64,000 nucleotides of DNA, from contig CBDCXM010000009.1 of NCBI GenBank assembly GCA_965223855.1, positions 1,952,001-2,016,000 of the forward strand, in the 5' to 3' direction. Below, in pieces: positions 41,127 to 50,199 of this stretch. The notes under the pieces are model-generated. The model saw only the letters and a list, made by a program, of their open reading frames with translations. It was not told where the DNA came from and did not search any database. A program made the position numbers and the translations under genes. The stretch comes from Candidatus Multivoradales bacterium. GTDB taxonomy: Bacteria > Acidobacteriota > Thermoanaerobaculia > Multivoradales > JAHEKO01. How positions within the stretch are numbered: position 1 is the stretch's first letter; every line of letters starts with the position of its first letter.

Positions 41127-42041
41127 CTAGCCGGCGCGCGCCGTGGAGGGCTGGTAGGTGTGCGGCCTGAAACAGCCTTCGGGGAAGCGCGCCACCCGAC
41201 CCTGGCGGAGTGCCTTGGATGCCGCGCGGTACTCGAGCAAGAACCACCGGTAGGCCTCTTCCATCGCCCGACGCACCCCGGCGTCACGGGCATGGAATCT
41301 TGGGGCAGGCGTGCGCTTGAAGCGCTCTGGCCGGTCGTGAGGATCCTGGGCCAGGATCGCCTTGCGACCCAGGACGGGCTTGCCGGTTGCCTCGTGCGCC
41401 TCCTCTACGGCCTTGACCATCTGGCGGACTCGCTCGCGGTAGTCCGCGTCATCCAGATGTTCCCAGCAAGGGATCGGCGTCAGCTCTAGAAGGTGCTTCG
41501 AGGCGAAGCGCCTCGAAGGATTCGCTTCTCCCCGACGGTGCGCTCGATACTGTTCGGAGCGGTCGATCCACTCGCCTTCCATCGCTTCGCCGGAAAGCAG
41601 CGCATGCGTGCTCGTCGCTCCAGGCCAGTGACGAGGTGAAGCGACAAGCCGCTCCTTCACGCCTTGCTCGAGCAGATAGCGCAGCCGGCGAATGTGATCC
41701 TCGGGTGTCTGGCTGACGACCACATCCGTGTAGCGGCGTCCCCAGAAACGCTCCCTCCAGGCGTGGATTCTCCCGATCTCGCGAGCGACGTTGGAGTTGA
41801 CGTAGGTCATGAAGCTCGCCATCTGTTCGACGTCGGTGGGCCTCAGCAGCAGATGGGCGTGGTTCGACAGGTAGACGAAGCCACAGACTCGCATCCCCGT
41901 TCGCGCCTGGGCGCGAGCGAGGATGCCGACGACCCGGTCGCGCACCTTAGCCGACGGACGCAACAGGTACCGGCCGTGTTGCGTCCGGACCGTGATCTCG
42001 ACGAGGGACTCCTCCGGCAGATAGCGAAGCTTCCTGGACAT
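41127..42041 (-). mobile_element. Y1 HUH transposase (IS200/RAYT-like), 304 aa
   Basis: N-terminal EITVRT, HUH motif SNHAHLL, FWGRRY, catalytic-Tyr region RYLLEQGVKERLVASPRHWPGATS. ATG 42041. Confidence 0.85.
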
Positions 42042-42178
42042 TCCATGGAAGAGGACGCGACCGTGGCGCCGAATCTTGCACGCTTCGCCCGGTCTCTTGT
42101 TACGGCGTGAAGACGCGAGTTCGGCGGCGAATGTGAACCATTCGCCTGGAACCCCTCTCGGGGGAGGACTGATCGCCC

Positions 42179-42568
42179 TCAGTTGACCAGTGCGATGCCG
42201 AAGAACCTCCGGCAGTCGCCCGGCAGGCAGCCCGAGGGGTTCTGGCTGCTGGCCGTGTGGACCCAAAGCCGTACCGACTTGTCGTGGGCCATCGCAGTGT
42301 TGACGATCGCCATCGCCTGCTCGACCCGACTCTGATCGGAGTCGGCGATGGAGAAGAAGGAGACCGCGACGTCGCCGTACCTGCCGACGTTGAGCGGCGA
42401 CTGACAGCGAACGTGGTAGCGGCTGCCGAAGAAGACCGCCGACTCTGTCGGCTTGCAGTACTTGGTGACCGTTGCCGGGAGCGGATCGTCCGCGGCTACG
42501 CCGCCGGCGATGGCTGCGATGGCGAAGAGGGCGATGATCGGCACAGCGATGCGATGAGGGAGGGGCAT
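42179..42568 (-). CDS. Small secreted 4-Cys protein (129 aa), possibly OB-fold
   Basis: GAGGAG SD, ATG 42568, signal peptide, Cys pairs, AMAIVNTAMAHDKSVRLWV. Confidence 0.7.
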   Translation of the reverse strand: MPLPHRIAVPIIALFAIAAIAGGVAADDPLPATVTKYCKPTESAVFFGSRYHVRCQSPLNVGRYGDVAVSFFSIADSDQSRVEQAMAIVNTAMAHDKSVRLWVHTASSQNPSGCLPGDCRRFFGIALVN

Positions 42569-42881
42569 TGGGGACTCCTCTTGTGATGAAGCAACTGGGA
42601 TAGGGCGACGCCTGGCATCGTACCGCCCGATCCCTTCGCGGGGTTCCGGGTGGACACCGGATCGGCCTCTTGCAGCCTTCGGTACCGAGCGTCGAGGCGA
42701 GCGTGATGAAGGTCGCTCGAGATCGTGCCTTGAGAGCACCCATCGCGACGCTTCGCTTCTCGATGCCACCTTGAACGCCGAGCGTCGCCGACTCGATGAG
42801 GCGCCACCATCCCTGCGGTACTCTAGGTCGCCGTTCCGAAAAAGTCGGGAGCCGGCTTGTGAAGGAGCGAAGCAGAGCACG

Positions 42882-43646
42882 ATGAGGGTTCTCGCGGTTA
42901 TCGCGGCGCGCATGGGGTCCAGCCGGCTGCCGGGCAAGGCCTTGATGCCCCTGGCGGGCCGACCGATGCTCGAGCGGCTGATCGAACGAGCGAGGTTGTC
43001 CGGCCGGGTGTCCGATGTCGTCGTCGCCACCACCGAACTCGAAGCCGATGACGAGCTCGAGGCGCTTGCCGGCAACCTCGGGGTGTGCTGCTTCCGAGGA
43101 TCCGAGGACGACGTGCTCGGTCGCATCGACGCCGCGATTGATACGGTCGCCTGCGACGCGGTGGTGCAACTGTTGGGGGACAACCCTCTGGTCGATCCGC
43201 GGCTGATCGCCGATGTCCTCGATGCCTACGTCGCCACGGGTGCCGGGTGGATGGTGACTGCGACGGACGAACTTCCACGGGTGCCGGATGAGATGCCTCG
43301 CTTTCCGATCGGGGTGCGGGTCGAGGTATTCAGCCCTGCAGCGCACCGGCTCTGCGCCGAGCGGGCGGGGGACGCTCATTCCCGAGAGCACTCGTCGAGC
43401 TTCGCTCACAAGAACCCGGGCGTGTTCGACCTCGACTACTTCGCAGCGGACGGGCCGTGGGCGGCCGTCAGCCGCCCCGGCTACACCTTCGCGATCAACT
43501 ACCGCCAGAACTACGAGATGGTGCAGGTGATATTCGATCGTCTCTACCCCGTGGCGAGCGACTTCTCGTTGGCAGACGCCATCGGCCTGGTGGAAGCCGA
43601 TCCCGAGCTCATGGGCGGAATGGGGCCGCCGATGGTTGCATCGTGA
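42882..43646 (+). CDS. SpsF-like cytidylyltransferase
   Basis: IAARMGSSRLPGKALM, VVVATT, FRGSEDDVLGR, GDNPLVDP, REH. Confidence 0.9.
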   Translation: MRVLAVIAARMGSSRLPGKALMPLAGRPMLERLIERARLSGRVSDVVVATTELEADDELEALAGNLGVCCFRGSEDDVLGRIDAAIDTVACDAVVQLLGDNPLVDPRLIADVLDAYVATGAGWMVTATDELPRVPDEMPRFPIGVRVEVFSPAAHRLCAERAGDAHSREHSSSFAHKNPGVFDLDYFAADGPWAAVSRPGYTFAINYRQNYEMVQVIFDRLYPVASDFSLADAIGLVEADPELMGGMGPPMVAS

Positions 43647-45031
43647 GGGTCAAGACCACCGTCTACGTTCCGTGTCGCAACTACGGCCGCTTTCTCCGAG
43701 AAGCGATCGAGAGCGTCGTGGCCCAGTCGACGGACGATTGGGAGCTGATCGTCATCGGCGACGGACCCGAGGACGAAACCGCCGCCGTTGCCGAGAGTTT
43801 CGTCGAAGCCCAACCGAAGCGGATCCGCTACTTCGAGCACAAGGAGCCTCGCGGCCTGCGCGCGTGCGCCAACCACGCCCTCGACCTGGCGCGGGGCGAC
43901 TATGTCATGCGTCTCGACGCCGACGATTATCTGGACGAGAACGCGCTCCTCGTGCTCTCGAACTACCTCGATCGTCATCCCGATGTGGCCCTCGTCTACC
44001 CGAACTACACCTACATCGACGAGGCGGGCCGCTTCCTGGGTCTCGAGCGACGCAAGAAGGTTGGCGATGAGGCCCGGTTGCTCGATCTGCCGGCGCACGG
44101 CGCGTGCACCATGGTGCGCAAGCGGGCGCTCAAGAGCGTGGGCGGCTATGACGAGGTGTACAGCGCTCAGGATGGTCACGAACTCTGGTTGAAGGTGCTG
44201 CATCGTTACCAGGTGGCCAATGTCTCCACGCCGTTGTTCTTCTACCGGCAGCACGGCGCGTCGATGTCGAACGACCAGGAGCGCCTGCTCGCGGCGCGGC
44301 GGCAGATCAAGCGCGATCTCGTGAGGCGCCAGGAGGGCCGGGTCGCGCCCCGCATCGTCGCCTTGATCCCGGCCAAGAACACCTACGAACATCTACCGAA
44401 CGTCGTCACGGAATCACTGGCCGGCCGGCCCCTGCTGGAGTACGCCCTGGCCGCGGCCGAAGGGGTGGAGGGGCTTGCTCAGGTCGTGGTCACGACCGAC
44501 GCCGACGACGTGGCGGACTACTGTGCCGGGCGCGAGGGCGTGCTCACGCTCCGACGACCGATCGCCCTCTCCCATCCGCGCGTGACGATCAGCCAGGTGG
44601 TGGATCACGCGGCAAGGGAGCTCGAGACCGGCCACGAGATCTTCCCTGACATCGTTGCGCTCCTGAGCGTGCATTCGCCGTTGCGCCGAGCGGAGCACGT
44701 CCGCATGGCTATCGACACGCTGCTTCTCTACAACGCAGACAGCGTCCTCAGCGTTTACGAGGACTTCGACCTCCACTTCATGCATGGGGCGGAGGGGCTG
44801 GAACCCCTGAACGAGGCGATGCTCCAGCGACTTAGACTCGAGCGCGAGGCGCTCTACGTCGATAACGGAGCGATCAAGATCATGTGGCGTGAGGCGATCA
44901 CGCCCGATGGTCTCCTTGGCGCTCGAATAGGCCACACGGTCATGTCACGATCGGACAGTCTCCAGATCAAGAGCCGGGAGGACTTCCGGATGGCTCGCCA
45001 CCTTCTCGAGCGAGAGGGGTCGACGCCATGA
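43643..45031 (+). CDS. Fusion of GT2 glycosyltransferase and NeuA/CMP-nonulosonate synthetase-like domain
   Basis: N-terminal VPCRNYGRFLREAIESV..RLDADD; C-terminal ALIPAK..LAGRPLLEY..VVTTD..SPLRR..NGAI..LQIKSREDF. Confidence 0.85.
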   Translation: MRVKTTVYVPCRNYGRFLREAIESVVAQSTDDWELIVIGDGPEDETAAVAESFVEAQPKRIRYFEHKEPRGLRACANHALDLARGDYVMRLDADDYLDENALLVLSNYLDRHPDVALVYPNYTYIDEAGRFLGLERRKKVGDEARLLDLPAHGACTMVRKRALKSVGGYDEVYSAQDGHELWLKVLHRYQVANVSTPLFFYRQHGASMSNDQERLLAARRQIKRDLVRRQEGRVAPRIVALIPAKNTYEHLPNVVTESLAGRPLLEYALAAAEGVEGLAQVVVTTDADDVADYCAGREGVLTLRRPIALSHPRVTISQVVDHAARELETGHEIFPDIVALLSVHSPLRRAEHVRMAIDTLLLYNADSVLSVYEDFDLHFMHGAEGLEPLNEAMLQRLRLEREALYVDNGAIKIMWREAITPDGLLGARIGHTVMSRSDSLQIKSREDFRMARHLLEREGSTP

Positions 45032-46053
45032 GTGTCGAGCCCTTTCCCGCCGGGAAGGTCCTGGTGATCGCCGAGATCGGAGGCAACCACGAGGGTGACT
45101 TCGCCGAAGCGGTCCGCCTTCTCGATCTGGCTGCGGACTCGGGCGCTCATGCCGTCAAGTTCCAGGTGTACAGCGCGGATGGTCTGGTCAATCCGCGCCA
45201 GAGTCCGGACCGCCATCGCCACTTTCAGGGCTTCTCGCTGCCTCTCGATCGCTATGTCGAGCTGGCCGAGCGCTGCGCGCAGCGGGGCGTCGAGTTCATG
45301 GCCTCCATCTGGGAGACCCGGGCGCTCGACGCACTCGATCCGTACATCGAGGTTCACAAAGTCGGCTCCGGCGACTTCAACGCCTGGGAGATGATCGAGG
45401 CGCTGGTGGCGACCGGTAAGCCGCTGATTCAATCGTGCGGTCTGGCAGAAATGTCCGAAGTCGAACGCTATGTGGAGTTCGTCGGCGCTCTCGACCCGAG
45501 CTACATCGACGGCCAGAAGCTCTGCCTGATGCAGTGTTCGGTGGCCTATCCGAGCACCGAGGCCGACGCCCACGTGTCAGCGATGGTCGCCATGGGTCGC
45601 GCCACAGGCCTGCCGGTGGGCTACTCGGACCATACGACGGACAGCTTCGCCGCCCAGGTGGCTGTGGCCATGGGCGCTCGAGCGGTCGAGATGCACTTCA
45701 CCGACAGCCGGGAAGGAAAGACCTTTCGCGATCATCAGGTGTCCGTGACCCGCGATGAGATGCGCCGTTTCGTCGGCACGATCGAGCGCATCCACCGGGT
45801 TCAGGGAGCTTCGGAGAAGACGCTGACCGCGGCCGAACGGGCGACCGACCACCTCGTTTCCTTCCGCCGCGCCGTCTATCCCGCTCGCGACTTACCCGCC
45901 GGCACCGTGCTCGGACGGGGCGATCTGGTGTCGCTGCGCCCGAACGTGGGCCTCGATGGGCGCGAGTACCATCGTCTTCTCGGTCGCCGGCTCAAGGTCG
46001 CAAAGGGGGCGCTCGAGCCGATGTCGTGGAGTGATGTCGAGGAGGTCGAGTGA
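45028..46053 (+). CDS. N-acetylneuraminate/nonulosonate synthase family (NeuB/PseI/LegI) with SAF domain
   Basis: IAEIGGNHEGD, AVKFQ, KVGSGD, GYSDHT, EMHFT, C-terminal RRAVY..RP SAF domain. Confidence 0.92.
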   Translation: MSVEPFPAGKVLVIAEIGGNHEGDFAEAVRLLDLAADSGAHAVKFQVYSADGLVNPRQSPDRHRHFQGFSLPLDRYVELAERCAQRGVEFMASIWETRALDALDPYIEVHKVGSGDFNAWEMIEALVATGKPLIQSCGLAEMSEVERYVEFVGALDPSYIDGQKLCLMQCSVAYPSTEADAHVSAMVAMGRATGLPVGYSDHTTDSFAAQVAVAMGARAVEMHFTDSREGKTFRDHQVSVTRDEMRRFVGTIERIHRVQGASEKTLTAAERATDHLVSFRRAVYPARDLPAGTVLGRGDLVSLRPNVGLDGREYHRLLGRRLKVAKGALEPMSWSDVEEVE

Positions 46054-47015
46054 ATCGCTGCCTGTTCAGCGCGCCGGCGGGGTTCATCCCGGAGGTGAGG
46101 GCCGAGTACGAAGAGCTCTTGCCGACCACCTTCGCCGAGATCTGGACCCGGGAGGAGCTGCCCGCGACGAGTGCCGCTACCGTCTGGGTGGTGAACCCGG
46201 GCCAGTCCTTCGTGATCGACGGTTCAGTGCTGGCGCGTTTTCCCGAGCTTTGCCTCCTCGTCACGCCGTCGACCGGCAGCAACCACATCGACCTCGACAG
46301 GTGCCGCGCGAATGGCGTGGCCGTACGGACGCTGCTGGATGATCGAGCCGGGCTGGAGACGATCAGCGCGAGCGCCGAGTTCACTTTCCTGCTCCTGCTC
46401 AACACGCTGCGCCGGCTCGATGTCGGCGTCGCCGAGGTCAAGGCGGGACGATGGCGCCAGCGAGAGGACCTGCTGCGGGGTCGGGAGCTCGGCGGCAAGC
46501 GGGTAGGCCTCGTCGGACTGGGCCGCATCGGCCGCCGCCTGGCGCGCTACTGCGCCGCTTTCGGGGCCGAGGTGCGCTATCACGACCCCTACGTCCCCAC
46601 GGCCGGCGAGCTGCCTCACGTTACCCTTGACGAACTCTTCGGCGGGTCCGACGTCGTCTGCGTTTGTTGCGCTTTGACGGCCGAGACCGACGGCCTGATC
46701 ACAGGCGACCTGATCCGGCGGTTGCCGCGCGGCGGAGCGCTGATCAACACATCGCGCGGTGAGGTGCTCGCCCAGGCGGAGCTGCTGGAGGTGCTGGGGG
46801 AGCGCGAAGACCTTCGCGTCGGTCTCGACGTCCTGGCCGGCGAGACGACGGCCGAGCACCTGGGCGGCGAACTCCTGGCGTTGCACGACGCCGGCCGAGT
46901 CGTCGTCACGCCCCACATCGCCGGGGCGACGGTCGAGTCCCAGGAGAAGGCGGCGCGGATCGCCCTCGGACTCATCGCCCGCCACTTCGGCGTCGAGTCG
47001 GGTGCGCATGGCTGA
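46050..47015 (+). CDS. D-isomer-specific 2-hydroxyacid dehydrogenase family
   Basis: TGSNHID, GLVGLGRIG, INTSRGEV, LDV, TPHIAGAT. Confidence 0.9.
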   Translation: MNRCLFSAPAGFIPEVRAEYEELLPTTFAEIWTREELPATSAATVWVVNPGQSFVIDGSVLARFPELCLLVTPSTGSNHIDLDRCRANGVAVRTLLDDRAGLETISASAEFTFLLLLNTLRRLDVGVAEVKAGRWRQREDLLRGRELGGKRVGLVGLGRIGRRLARYCAAFGAEVRYHDPYVPTAGELPHVTLDELFGGSDVVCVCCALTAETDGLITGDLIRRLPRGGALINTSRGEVLAQAELLEVLGEREDLRVGLDVLAGETTAEHLGGELLALHDAGRVVVTPHIAGATVESQEKAARIALGLIARHFGVESGAHG

Positions 47016-48903
47016 GCCGACCGGAGGGTGGGCACGCCGGATCGGCGTCTCGGGAGGCGGGGCGTCGGGCGACTCCCGGCAGGCGATCCGGTTCTTGCGC
47101 GAGGTCGTCACCCTGCGGCGCGGTTGGGTTGGGGCGTTGCTCGCGCTCAGCCTCCTCGCGGCGATCTTCGAAGGGACCACGATGGGCGTCCTGGCGCTGG
47201 CGCTCCAGGTCGTCACGTCCTCCGGCGTGCCGGAGCTGGCGGCGGAGTTCGGCCGTATCGGTGCATGGGTCGATCGCCTGGCCGCGGGCTGGACGGAGCA
47301 ACGACTCTTCGTCGGGCTTGTCCTCTTCGCCGTCGCGAGCCAGCTTCTGCGCAGCGCGGCGACGCTCGGGAGTCAGTTCGTGACTGCGCACCTCGTGTCA
47401 CGCGTGGAAGCCGATGCTCGGCAGAGAGTCTTCCGGCAGATCGTGTCGATCAGTTACTCCGCAGTCCGGCGGCGCAAGGCCGGAGACCTTGCGAGCTTCA
47501 CCAACGAGGTGACGCACCTGGGCGCGGCCATCGTCGAATTGAGCGCACAGGTCATGCAGGTCGCCCTCATGGCCGCGTACTCGCTCGTTCTTCTCTGGAT
47601 CTCCTGGAAGCTTAGCCTGGCGGCCCTCGCCGCGGGAGCGGTCATTCTGTTCCTGATGAGAGGCCTGACGCGCAGGGTCTTCGTTCGTGCCGAGGCCTTC
47701 AAGACCGCACTCGTCGATCTCAATGCCACGGTGGTCGAGTACCTCCATGGCCTCGCCGTCGTCCGGGCACACGCACGCGAGGAGGCCGCCACCATGGACG
47801 TCGGCGAGCGCATCCACTCGGTGGCGCGGTCGCGGCGCGCCATGATCGCCTGGCAGGCAACCCTCGCTCCGACGATCGACGTCATCACCGTGCTCGGCCT
47901 CGCCGGGTTGCTCCTGGCCGGCTACTTCCTGCTCGGCGACGCGCGTCTCGCTCTTGCCGCCAAGATGGCGACGTTTCTCTTCGTGCTCTACCGCCTGATC
48001 CCCAGGATCTCGATCCTCAACAAGAACTGGGGGCGCATCGTCGGGCGCTTGCCGTTCATCGAGCGCATCGCGGCCTGGGTGCGAACCGACGACAAGGAGT
48101 ACCCGTCCGACGGCAAGCATGTCTTCACGGGCCTCGCGGAGGGTATCCGGATCGAGGGCGTGACGTTCCGATACGACGACGCGGATCGCTTCGCGGTCGA
48201 GGGGCTCGAGTTCGAACTCCCGGCCGGGGGGATGGTCGCTCTCGTAGGCGAGTCGGGCTCGGGCAAGTCCACCCTGGCGAGGCTGCTGCTGCGCTTCCAC
48301 AGGCCCGACGAGGGCCGAATTCTCGTCGACAACCGAGACCTGGGAGAGCTCGAGTGGAACTCGTGGCGGCAGCACCTCGGCGTGGTCAGTCAGGACACGT
48401 TCCTCTTTCACGCGAGCGTCCGGGACAACATCGCATTCGGTGTCGGGCAGGCGACCGACGAGGCGATAGAGACGGCCGCGCGGGCGGCCCACGCCGACGA
48501 GTTCATTCGTGAGCTTCCCGAGGGCTACGACACCGTGCTGGGTGAGCAGGGTGAGCGCCTCTCCGGCGGCCAGCGCCAACGCATCTCGATCGCTCGTGCC
48601 CTTCTCAAGGATCCGGCCATCCTCATCCTGGACGAGGCGACGAGCGATCTCGACAGCCGGGCCGAGCGCGACATCCAGCAGGCGATCGAGGCGCTACGCG
48701 GTGAGCGCACGATCCTGGTGATCGCGCACAGGCTTTCGACGGTCCAGGCGGCGGACGAGATCGTCGTCCTGGAGCGGGGCCGGATCGCGGAGCGAGGCGT
48801 GCATCGGGAACTTCTCGGTCTGGGTGGACGCTACGCGATGCTCTGGCGGCTCCAAGCGGGTCGCGAGGGGCAGAGTGAGGAGTCCCGGGGGGCGTCGCGT
48901 TGA
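47008..48903 (+). CDS. ABC transporter ATP-binding/permease (MsbA/PglK-like glycan exporter)
   Basis: TM domain plus GESGSGKST, LSGGQRQR, ILDEATSDLD, IAHRLST. Confidence 0.92.
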   Translation: MAEPTGGWARRIGVSGGGASGDSRQAIRFLREVVTLRRGWVGALLALSLLAAIFEGTTMGVLALALQVVTSSGVPELAAEFGRIGAWVDRLAAGWTEQRLFVGLVLFAVASQLLRSAATLGSQFVTAHLVSRVEADARQRVFRQIVSISYSAVRRRKAGDLASFTNEVTHLGAAIVELSAQVMQVALMAAYSLVLLWISWKLSLAALAAGAVILFLMRGLTRRVFVRAEAFKTALVDLNATVVEYLHGLAVVRAHAREEAATMDVGERIHSVARSRRAMIAWQATLAPTIDVITVLGLAGLLLAGYFLLGDARLALAAKMATFLFVLYRLIPRISILNKNWGRIVGRLPFIERIAAWVRTDDKEYPSDGKHVFTGLAEGIRIEGVTFRYDDADRFAVEGLEFELPAGGMVALVGESGSGKSTLARLLLRFHRPDEGRILVDNRDLGELEWNSWRQHLGVVSQDTFLFHASVRDNIAFGVGQATDEAIETAARAAHADEFIRELPEGYDTVLGEQGERLSGGQRQRISIARALLKDPAILILDEATSDLDSRAERDIQQAIEALRGERTILVIAHRLSTVQAADEIVVLERGRIAERGVHRELLGLGGRYAMLWRLQAGREGQSEESRGASR

Positions 48904-50108
48904 CCGCTCACGAAGCGCGTCCCGTGGTCCTCTGCTTTGCGTACCACCGGCTTCATTGCTTCGTCTATCAGAGACTGTTCGCGGAGCTGCGCTCGCGCGG
49001 CGCCGAGCCGATCTGCGCGCTCTTCGGCGAGCACGTGGTCAACGGCCAGATCGAAGGCGAGCTGGTCGATGCGCTCGCAGCCGAATGCGAGGTGGTCCGT
49101 CTCGACAAGACGCTCGGCGAGCGCCTCATGGTGCGGCTCGTCCCACGCTGGGCACCCGGCAGCGGAAGGGACGCAAGCTGGGGCAGGAGAGGGAGTCGCC
49201 TGATCGAGCGCTTCGGTTCGCGACTGGAGTGCGTGGTCGTCCCGATGGAGTCGGCGGGTCGCTACCTGGCTCCGGCCGCCAGGCGGTACGGCCGTTTCGT
49301 CGCTCTCCAGTACGAGCCCTTTATTCAGTATGGTAAGAGCAAGACGATAGCGCGGCTCGAGGCCGAGCTGTTCTGCGCCTGGGGGCAGCAGGACTCGAAG
49401 GGGCTGCGCCGCGCCGGGGTGACCGCGCCGATCTATCCGGCCGGTTCGCCGATCGTGGAGCTCGCCTCGCGATTCGACTTCCCCCCGCTCGCTCGTGATC
49501 GGCCGCTCACCGTGCTCTACACGACGACACCTCTCCTGAGGCAGCGGCGGTTGGACTTTGCCGTGCGTCTGCCGTTCACCATGGAGGACTACCGCGAGAT
49601 GAAGCTCGCGGCCATGCGTGACCTGCATGCTCTGGTGACGCAGCATCCTCAGATCTCTGTCGTCGTGAAGCTCCACCCCATGGACGAGGGGAAGGTCGAG
49701 CGGGACTTCCTCGAAACGGTCGGAGACGTCTCGATGTCGCTTCTCGAACATCAGCCGACGGTGCCGATCGCCGAGCACATCGCAGCCAGCGATCTTCTGG
49801 TCACTCTTGGTTCGACCACGGCTTTCCAGGCGATCTGCAGCGGGACCCCGGTCGTGTTCCTCAACTACGGGAGCTGGACCGGTAAACACGAGATGGGCTA
49901 CCTGGCATACACCTTCGCGCTGGCGGCGACTGATTCTTCCTCCCTGCTCTGGGCGGTGGAGAAGACGTTGGGCGACCCCTCCACTCAGGCCGTGCTCGAG
50001 AACGGGCGTCGCCGCTACCTCGGACAGGTGGTCGAGGCGGACGGCGAGGAAGCCGTTGAGCGTACGTGCGACGCTCTGATGGGGCGTCTCGACCCGGCGA
50101 TGGTCTGA
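48900..50108 (+). CDS. GT-B fold capsule/surface-glycan protein (putative nonulosonate or glycerophosphate transferase)
   Basis: WG..D, GSP, VKLHP, SDLLVTLGSTTAFQAI..GTPV motifs; cluster context. Confidence 0.6.
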   Translation: MTAHEARPVVLCFAYHRLHCFVYQRLFAELRSRGAEPICALFGEHVVNGQIEGELVDALAAECEVVRLDKTLGERLMVRLVPRWAPGSGRDASWGRRGSRLIERFGSRLECVVVPMESAGRYLAPAARRYGRFVALQYEPFIQYGKSKTIARLEAELFCAWGQQDSKGLRRAGVTAPIYPAGSPIVELASRFDFPPLARDRPLTVLYTTTPLLRQRRLDFAVRLPFTMEDYREMKLAAMRDLHALVTQHPQISVVVKLHPMDEGKVERDFLETVGDVSMSLLEHQPTVPIAEHIAASDLLVTLGSTTAFQAICSGTPVVFLNYGSWTGKHEMGYLAYTFALAATDSSSLLWAVEKTLGDPSTQAVLENGRRRYLGQVVEADGEEAVERTCDALMGRLDPAMV

Positions 50109-50199
50109 GCAGCAGCCTCTCCGAAGAGGTGACCGTGGACACTTCACCTCCCGATCGAACGTCTGGAGAGTTGGCAGCCAGTCGGGCAAGGACACTTTC

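Noticed and set aside
40606-41293. Small ORFs (MRKRVGETVQ...) in the 211-bp duplication
   Set aside because: No homology cues or clear SD; they arise from the duplicated non-coding segment.
41127-43409. 760-aa ORF as one protein
   Set aside because: Only the last 304 aa carry transposase motifs; the upstream part overlaps the small secreted gene and is antisense to the spsF-like gene.
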